A stretch of DNA of 12,024 nucleotides, taken from Campylobacterota bacterium. GTDB taxonomy: Bacteria > Campylobacterota > Campylobacteria > Campylobacterales > JAADDG01. Location of the stretch: the NCBI GenBank assembly GCA_013154075.1, contig JAADDG010000137.1:1-12024 (forward strand), given 5' to 3'. Below, in pieces: positions 7,716 through 12,024 of the stretch (position 1 is its first letter; each line of letters starts with the position of its first letter). The notes below the pieces were generated by a model. The model was not told the origin of the DNA, searched no databases, and saw only the letters and a list, made by a program, of their open reading frames with translations. A program made the position numbers and the translations under genes.

Positions 7716-8360
7716 TCAAAAGTGCATCGAAAACGTAGCAAGCATTGCGCTTATTAAAAGTCCTATTCCGAAAGCGCCGTAAGCTCTTCTTAGCCATTTA
7801 TATTTTACATTTATCTCCGCTCCGATTATGTAGAGATGTTTTATGATGTTGTCGTTTATCTCTTTTTGATTTTTTATAACTTCGTTCATCTCTTTTAAAT
7901 AATCTTTGGGGCTTTTAGAGATCATATCCTGAAAATAGAGAACCGAGCTGTATTCGGGAAAATCGCTTCTGTTTTTGAAAAGGTGCTCTTTGAATCTCGG
8001 TCTAATGGCCAAAATACCAAGCAGTATGGAGATGAGGCTGGTTATGATGATGGCGTTGAAGGGATATATCATCTTTTCATCATTTAGCATAAATCCGGAA
8101 GCCGTCATGATAACCGTCAAAATAAAGCCGTTTACGGATATTAGAATGCTTGCTTTCGTATCGGCTAAAGAGGTTAGCTCAAGGTTTGATTTTAGGGCGT
8201 TTCTAAAGAGAGTGTCTACGGTTTTTAGCTTCTTTTCTTCTTTCTTTTTTTTCTTTTTTTTGTCGTTTTTATCAAAGCTTTTAGATTCTTCGACGCTTTT
8301 TAGATATTCTAAAAAATTTATTTGACCGTTGTTTTCATTATTTAAAATCGGCTTAGTCAT
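7716..8360 (-). CDS. Small membrane protein (2 TM helices, a helical region, then a C-terminal TM) with a lysine-rich N-terminal region; possibly a DUF5706/Pycsar-effector-like 2TM protein
   Basis: 214 aa. LADTKASILISVNGFILTVIMTASGFML and IYPFNAIIITSLISILLGILAI form the TM pair, and the C-terminal AYGAFGIGLLISAMLATF is a third TM. The (A)DxKA motif directly before TM1 recalls 2TM effector families. The poly-K stretch is encoded by two A8 tracts. Confidence 0.65.
   Translation of the reverse strand: MTKPILNNENNGQINFLEYLKSVEESKSFDKNDKKKKKKKEEKKLKTVDTLFRNALKSNLELTSLADTKASILISVNGFILTVIMTASGFMLNDEKMIYPFNAIIITSLISILLGILAIRPRFKEHLFKNRSDFPEYSSVLYFQDMISKSPKDYLKEMNEVIKNQKEINDNIIKHLYIIGAEINVKYKWLRRAYGAFGIGLLISAMLATFSMHF
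8245..8261 (-). repeat. Two adjacent 8-nt homopolymers (T8 C T8 on the + strand) inside the coding sequence
   Basis: Seen directly in the sequence. They encode DKKKKKKKEEKK in the 7716..8360 gene. Confidence 0.8.
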
Positions 8361-8519
8361 TTTGTCTCTCTTTTCGATAATTTTTATTGTTTCTTATAAT
8401 ATCGTCAGAAAAAATATCTAACTTGAACTTTTAATATTTGTAATTTTATCAATTTAACCTTAAATAAATATTTTATATGATTTAAATTATTCTTACATAA
8501 AAAAGAGTTTTTATTACGA

Positions 8520-8581
8520 TTTCGTTCAATTTTCATTCTAAAAAAGGTAAAATTAGAGAAATTCAAATAGAAGGAGAAGCG
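8520..8581 (+). promoter_or_regulatory. Putative promoter/RBS for the small ORF at 8582 (-10 TAAAAT about 8546-8551; SD AAGGAG 8571-8576)
   Basis: AT-rich 220-nt divergent intergenic region. A TAAAAT -10-like hexamer lies about 30 nt upstream of the ATG, and AAGGAG lies 5 nt before the ATG. No clear -35, as is usual for AT-rich epsilonproteobacterial promoters. Confidence 0.3.
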
Positions 8582-8818
8582 ATGGTAGAGTTTTTGAAGA
8601 AAGTTACAGATTGGGTTTTGCAAAAAGAGGAAGAGGCTGCGAACAATTGTAAAATAGACGTAGAAGACGTTCAAAAGCAAATAGACGTAGTTACCGAAAA
8701 GAGAGATAAACTTCAAAAAGAGTGTGAAGAGAATTTGGCCGAATTAAATAGAATCTTAAAGAGATTGGAGATCATAAAAGCCAAAGGCGAATCTTGCGAT
8801 ACGGACGATAACGGTTAA
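8582..8818 (+). CDS. Small acidic coiled-coil protein of unknown function
   Basis: 78 aa with a strong SD (AAGGAG) and a heptad-like charged sequence (…EKRDKLQKECEENLAELNRILKRLEIIKAKGE…). Its stop lies 20 nt before the protease gene, on the same strand. Confidence 0.5.
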   Translation: MVEFLKKVTDWVLQKEEEAANNCKIDVEDVQKQIDVVTEKRDKLQKECEENLAELNRILKRLEIIKAKGESCDTDDNG

Positions 8819-8838
8819 ATTCGAAAAGAGTAAAAACG

Positions 8839-9942
8839 ATGAGCGCCCGAAGGCTGTTTGCTTATACTATCTCTTTTATGCTTCTTATTTTGGCATGGAG
8901 AATCGCTCCTATAATAGAGGTGATGATAAGCGCCAAGCCAAAACCGATTACTCCCAGAGGGGAACTTGCCGCTATAGAGAAGACCAATATCTCTATTTTC
9001 GAGCATAGCAAAGATAGCGTGGTTTATATTTCCACTCTTCAAACGGTAGTGGATCCTTGGAGCAGAAGCGTTTGGGATGTGCCAAGGGGTACCGGAAGCG
9101 GTTTTGTGTGGGATAAGTTCGGTCATATCGTTACTAATTTTCACGTGATTGAGGGAGCAAGCAGTGCGAGAGTGAGACTTAGCAACGGAGTGGACTATCC
9201 CGCCACTCTTGTAGGAGCCGATCCTTCTCATGATCTGGCCGTTTTGAAGATAGATCCGGTTTTAAACGTAATGAAGCCCGTTATTATAGGAGACAGCAAG
9301 AGTTTGAAAGTAGGGCAGATTGTTTATGCGATAGGTAATCCTTTCGGGCTTGACTGGACTATGACGATGGGAATCATTTCCGCTTTGGATAGGGTGATAG
9401 ATGAGGAGAGCGGAGCGAAGATAAAACACGCCATTCAAACGGATGCCGCTATCAATCCGGGAAATTCAGGAGGACCCCTTTTGGATAGTGCGGGCAGAGT
9501 GATAGGCGTAAATACCGCTATCTACAGCCCTTCTGGAGCGAGTGCCGGAATAGGTTTCGCGATACCCATCGATCTTGTAAATAGGGTGGTTTCCCGTCTT
9601 ATAGCTTACGGCCGTTACGTAAAGCCCTCTTTGGGAATAGAGAGTGACGATAGAGTAAATGCCATGCTAAAAAGAAGGTACGGTATAGAGGGTGTGGCGG
9701 TATTGAGTGTGAGAGTGGGAAGCGGAGCTTATAAAGCCGGACTTGTGCCCGCTAAATTCTATCCTGACGGAACTTTTGAGTTTGGAGATATTATTTTGAA
9801 GGTAAACGGTAAAAGGGTAAAAAGTCTTGAAGAGCTCGATGAGGTTTTGGATAATTTTTCCATAGGAGATAGGGTTGTTTTGGAAGTTTTAAGAGGGGAT
9901 AAAACTATTGAGCTTCCTGTAATTTTGGCAAGGGGAGGTTGA
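8839..9942 (+). CDS. Membrane-anchored S1C (HtrA/DegS-type) serine protease with a single C-terminal PDZ domain
   Basis: 367 aa. The N-terminal hydrophobic anchor is ISFMLLILAWRIAPII. Catalytic triad motifs: TNFHVIEG (His), DLAVLKID (Asp), GNSGGPLL (Ser). The PDZ-like C-terminus is GDIILKVNGKRVKSLEELDEVL…VVLEVLRGDKTIELPV. Confidence 0.85.
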   Translation: MSARRLFAYTISFMLLILAWRIAPIIEVMISAKPKPITPRGELAAIEKTNISIFEHSKDSVVYISTLQTVVDPWSRSVWDVPRGTGSGFVWDKFGHIVTNFHVIEGASSARVRLSNGVDYPATLVGADPSHDLAVLKIDPVLNVMKPVIIGDSKSLKVGQIVYAIGNPFGLDWTMTMGIISALDRVIDEESGAKIKHAIQTDAAINPGNSGGPLLDSAGRVIGVNTAIYSPSGASAGIGFAIPIDLVNRVVSRLIAYGRYVKPSLGIESDDRVNAMLKRRYGIEGVAVLSVRVGSGAYKAGLVPAKFYPDGTFEFGDIILKVNGKRVKSLEELDEVLDNFSIGDRVVLEVLRGDKTIELPVILARGG

Positions 9943-9959
9943 TTTTGTTATAGATTCTT

Positions 9960-9986
9960 CCGATATTGCATTAGCGACAATATCGG
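9960..9986 (+). promoter_or_regulatory. Perfect 9-bp inverted repeat (CCGATATTG, 9-nt loop, CAATATCGG) overlapping the SD of the SPFH gene
   Basis: Seen directly. The 3' arm ends in …ATCGG, and AGG follows it, so 2 nt of the GGAGG SD (9985-9989) lie in the stem. The ATG is at 9996. Confidence 0.5.
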
Positions 9987-9995
9987 AGGTTTTCT

Positions 9996-11735
9996 ATGCT
10001 CGGTACCATTCTTTCGATTCTTATATCTTTAGTTATAGGAATAATTCTATTCGTAAAATCCGACTCTTTCAAAGATATCTTTGCGAAATTCGGTATTAAA
10101 GACGCTTCTTTAGTCTCGAATCTTACAAAAGCTATCGGAGTTTTAATCATACTTCTAAGTATTCTAAGCACCTCTTTTACTTATATAGATAGGGGATATA
10201 CGGGACATCTGGTAAAAAAGTTTTTGGGTAAAAGCTTGAGAGATGGCAAAATTATAGCCACCAAAGGGGAGCTTGGAAGACAGGCTGAAATACTTCCTGA
10301 AGGTCTTCACTTCAAACCCTTTTTAAACATAATCTATAAAGTCGAAAAAGTTAGAAATATAGTTATTCCCCCAAACAGTATAGGAATATTGACGGCGAGA
10401 GACGGAGAGCCTCTTGATGATATCGTGAGTAAAGATTGGGTGGAGATAGTGGCTAAAAAAGATCCTTTGAAAGTTTCTCGAAAAGAGAGAGACGAGATTT
10501 TCAAAAAGATGCTAAACGCTAAATATTTTATAGAGCATGGAGGCAAAAAAGGTCCTCAACTAAACGTTTTGAAACCCGGAGAGTATAGATTAAATCAATA
10601 TCTTTTTAGCGTCAGAATCAAAAGGGCTATAAATATTCCTGCCGGATTTGTGGGAGTGGTGACAAGCAAAACGGGAGATAACTATCAAGGGGTCAAACTC
10701 TCCACCGCAGGAGACTCTTTGGCCACTCCGGTGGTTCCGAAAGGATATAAGGGAGTTTGGAGTGAAGTTTTGCTTCCGGGAACTTACTATGAATATGCCA
10801 ACGATATAGCTTATAAAATTACTCCTTTCGATACGAGAGTAAAAACTTGGGCTTATAAAGGCGGATTTAGTGACAAAGAGATAGAGGTGTTTTTGACTCC
10901 GGACGGGAAAGTGGCTCAGAAGATGAAAAGCAGAAACATTCCCGTTCCAAAAGGTGTCGCCGATAAGGCGATAGATATAAAGAGCAAAGACGGCTGGGTC
11001 GTGTATGTGGAGGCGAGACTCCAAGTACAGGGAGAGCCCAAATACGCTCCAAAAATCGTAGCGAGTGTCGGAAGTTTAGAGGATATGGAGGATAAGGTCA
11101 TAACTCCTATCTTTAGGAGCGTTCTTAGAAATATAGGAGAGAATAAGGATGCGGTGGAGTTTCTAAATCATAGAAGCGCCATAGAGAGCGAGGCTAACAG
11201 GATACTAAAAGAGGAGGCTTTGAAGGCGGGAGTTACGATCAAGGATCTTAGAATCTCTCATATCAACATTCCGCCTGCATTGCTTGTTCCCAAAAAGAGA
11301 AAGCAGCTTGCCGAGCAGATGATAACTACCTATCAAGAGGAGCAAAAAGCCTACGAAGAGCAGATAAAAGCCAACAAAACAAAAGCCGAAGCCGAACAGC
11401 AGGCCAAACTTGTAGAAGCTCAAATCGCAAAGGAGAGAGCAAAAGAGCTAAAAGAGCAAAAGAGACTTTTGGGAGAGGGTGAAAAGCTCTATCTTGAAGC
11501 CGTGGCCAAAGGGCAAAAAGCTCAAGCGGACGTTTTGGGCAAAGATAAAACTTATGAGCTTCAGATGTGGGATAGGACTCTTGCGTTTTTGAAAGATCAT
11601 CCCGATGTTATAAAAAACGTGCCTTTAGTCTATATCAATAAAGCTTCTGGAAACAATGGAAGCGGTTTTGAAGAGGGGGCGGCCATTTTTGCTTTGGAGC
11701 AGATAAAAAAGGCTCAGAAGAATTTGAGTAAATAG
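9996..11735 (+). CDS. SPFH/band-7 (flotillin-like, YqiK/FloT-type) membrane protein with an EA-rich coiled-coil C-terminal region
   Basis: 579 aa. Two N-terminal TM helices. SPFH-like blocks: GYTGHLVKKFLGKSL…LPEGLHFKPFLNIIYKVE, and later DGWVVYVEARLQVQGEPKYAPKIV…IKDLRISHINIPPAL. An A/E/K/Q-rich coiled coil (KTKAEAEQQAKLVEAQIAKERAKELKEQ) is typical of flotillins. Confidence 0.8.
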   Translation: MLGTILSILISLVIGIILFVKSDSFKDIFAKFGIKDASLVSNLTKAIGVLIILLSILSTSFTYIDRGYTGHLVKKFLGKSLRDGKIIATKGELGRQAEILPEGLHFKPFLNIIYKVEKVRNIVIPPNSIGILTARDGEPLDDIVSKDWVEIVAKKDPLKVSRKERDEIFKKMLNAKYFIEHGGKKGPQLNVLKPGEYRLNQYLFSVRIKRAINIPAGFVGVVTSKTGDNYQGVKLSTAGDSLATPVVPKGYKGVWSEVLLPGTYYEYANDIAYKITPFDTRVKTWAYKGGFSDKEIEVFLTPDGKVAQKMKSRNIPVPKGVADKAIDIKSKDGWVVYVEARLQVQGEPKYAPKIVASVGSLEDMEDKVITPIFRSVLRNIGENKDAVEFLNHRSAIESEANRILKEEALKAGVTIKDLRISHINIPPALLVPKKRKQLAEQMITTYQEEQKAYEEQIKANKTKAEAEQQAKLVEAQIAKERAKELKEQKRLLGEGEKLYLEAVAKGQKAQADVLGKDKTYELQMWDRTLAFLKDHPDVIKNVPLVYINKASGNNGSGFEEGAAIFALEQIKKAQKNLSK

Positions 11736-11951
11736 ATATTTGTGGTGTTATCTTAATAAAATAATCTATATAGAGTTACCTAAGCCCTTTCTTTTAAGAA
11801 ATATGGATTTAGAGGAAATGATCGATAAAAGAGAGGGCGAAATTTGGGGTTTTTTTATATCGAAAAAAGATTGCGAAAATTTTCTATGATCTCTCTTTGT
11901 TACAAAAATCTATTTTTTCTTTTTTTATTTTTGAAAAGTGTAGAGTATCAC

Positions 11952-11981
11952 TTGACACTCTCTAAAAAACTTAGCTACAAT
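11952..11981 (+). promoter_or_regulatory. Near-consensus sigma70 promoter (TTGACA, 18 nt, TACAAT) for the gene starting at 12009
   Basis: TTGACA at 11952-11957 and TACAAT at 11976-11981. AAAGG lies 7 nt upstream of the ATG at 12009. Confidence 0.5.
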
Positions 11982-12008
11982 GTCAAAAAGAGCTAAAAAG
12001 GTTAAAAG

Positions 12009-12024
12009 ATGTCTTTGAAAATGA
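12009..12024 (+). CDS. 5' end of an unidentified gene (MSLKM…), continuing beyond the window
   Basis: An ATG with an upstream SD, immediately downstream of the consensus-like promoter. Only 5 codons are visible. Confidence 0.3.

Noticed and set aside
7975-8716. ORFs 7975..8325 (+) and 8405..8716 (-)
   Set aside because: The first is antisense to the 7716..8360 membrane protein gene. The second lies in the AT-rich divergent promoter region, overlaps the start of the 8582 gene, has no RBS and has a poly-F/L composition driven by AT-richness.
8815-9231. 138-aa minus-strand ORF overlapping the protease gene
   Set aside because: It is antisense to a protease gene with an intact catalytic triad. 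There is no independent support.
9971-11423. Minus-strand ORFs 9971..10171, 10334..10546, 10590..11024, 10867..11052, 10916..11101 and 11205..11423 inside the SPFH gene
   Set aside because: All are antisense to a long, domain-bearing CDS. They overlap each other in different frames, so they are artefacts.
11735-11756. AGATATTTGTGGTGTTATCT palindrome after the SPFH stop as a terminator
   Set aside because: It has only a 5-bp AT-rich stem with a 10-nt loop and no following T-run, so it is too weak to call an intrinsic terminator.
1-12024. Searched by eye for CRISPR-like direct repeats, tRNA cloverleaf-like GC-rich segments, IS inverted repeats or transposase motifs, and sigma54 (GG-N10-GC) promoters upstream of fliP
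   Set aside because: No regularly spaced repeats, no GC-rich structured RNA-like islands, no transposase/integrase-like ORFs and no convincing -24/-12 element were found. Absence by eye is not proof.

Overview
Hand annotation of an AT-rich bacterial window, probably Campylobacterota-like; that guess comes only from composition, gene content and AT-rich promoters, and no search was run. Contents: (i) the 3' end of a tightly coupled Fe-S assembly operon on the + strand, sufB(partial)-sufC-sufD-sufE-like-DUF59/SufT-like, ending in a bidirectional hairpin terminator; (ii) a very AT-rich, probably horizontally acquired block on the - strand carrying a canonical yefM-yoeB toxin-antitoxin pair with a TGTACA operator, and a larger gene for a zinc-ribbon/TM-anchored LVIVD-type beta-propeller protein that is split into two ORFs at an A9 homopolymer; (iii) trmA (m5U methyltransferase) translationally coupled to fliP, where fliP has no canonical start codon; (iv) an orphan small membrane protein with a lysine-rich N-terminus encoded by two A8 tracts, resembling 2TM abortive-infection effectors (Pycsar-effector/DUF5706-like) with no cyclase nearby; (v) a + strand cluster of a small coiled-coil protein, a membrane-anchored DegS/HtrA-type serine protease with one PDZ domain, and a large SPFH/flotillin-like protein, with a 9-bp inverted repeat that occludes the SPFH gene's Shine-Dalgarno; (vi) a near-consensus sigma70 promoter and gene start at the right edge. 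No tRNA, rRNA, CRISPR array or IS element was recognised. The candidates most worth follow-up are the homopolymer-interrupted beta-propeller gene next to the TA module, the orphan 2TM effector-like gene, and the protease-SPFH module.
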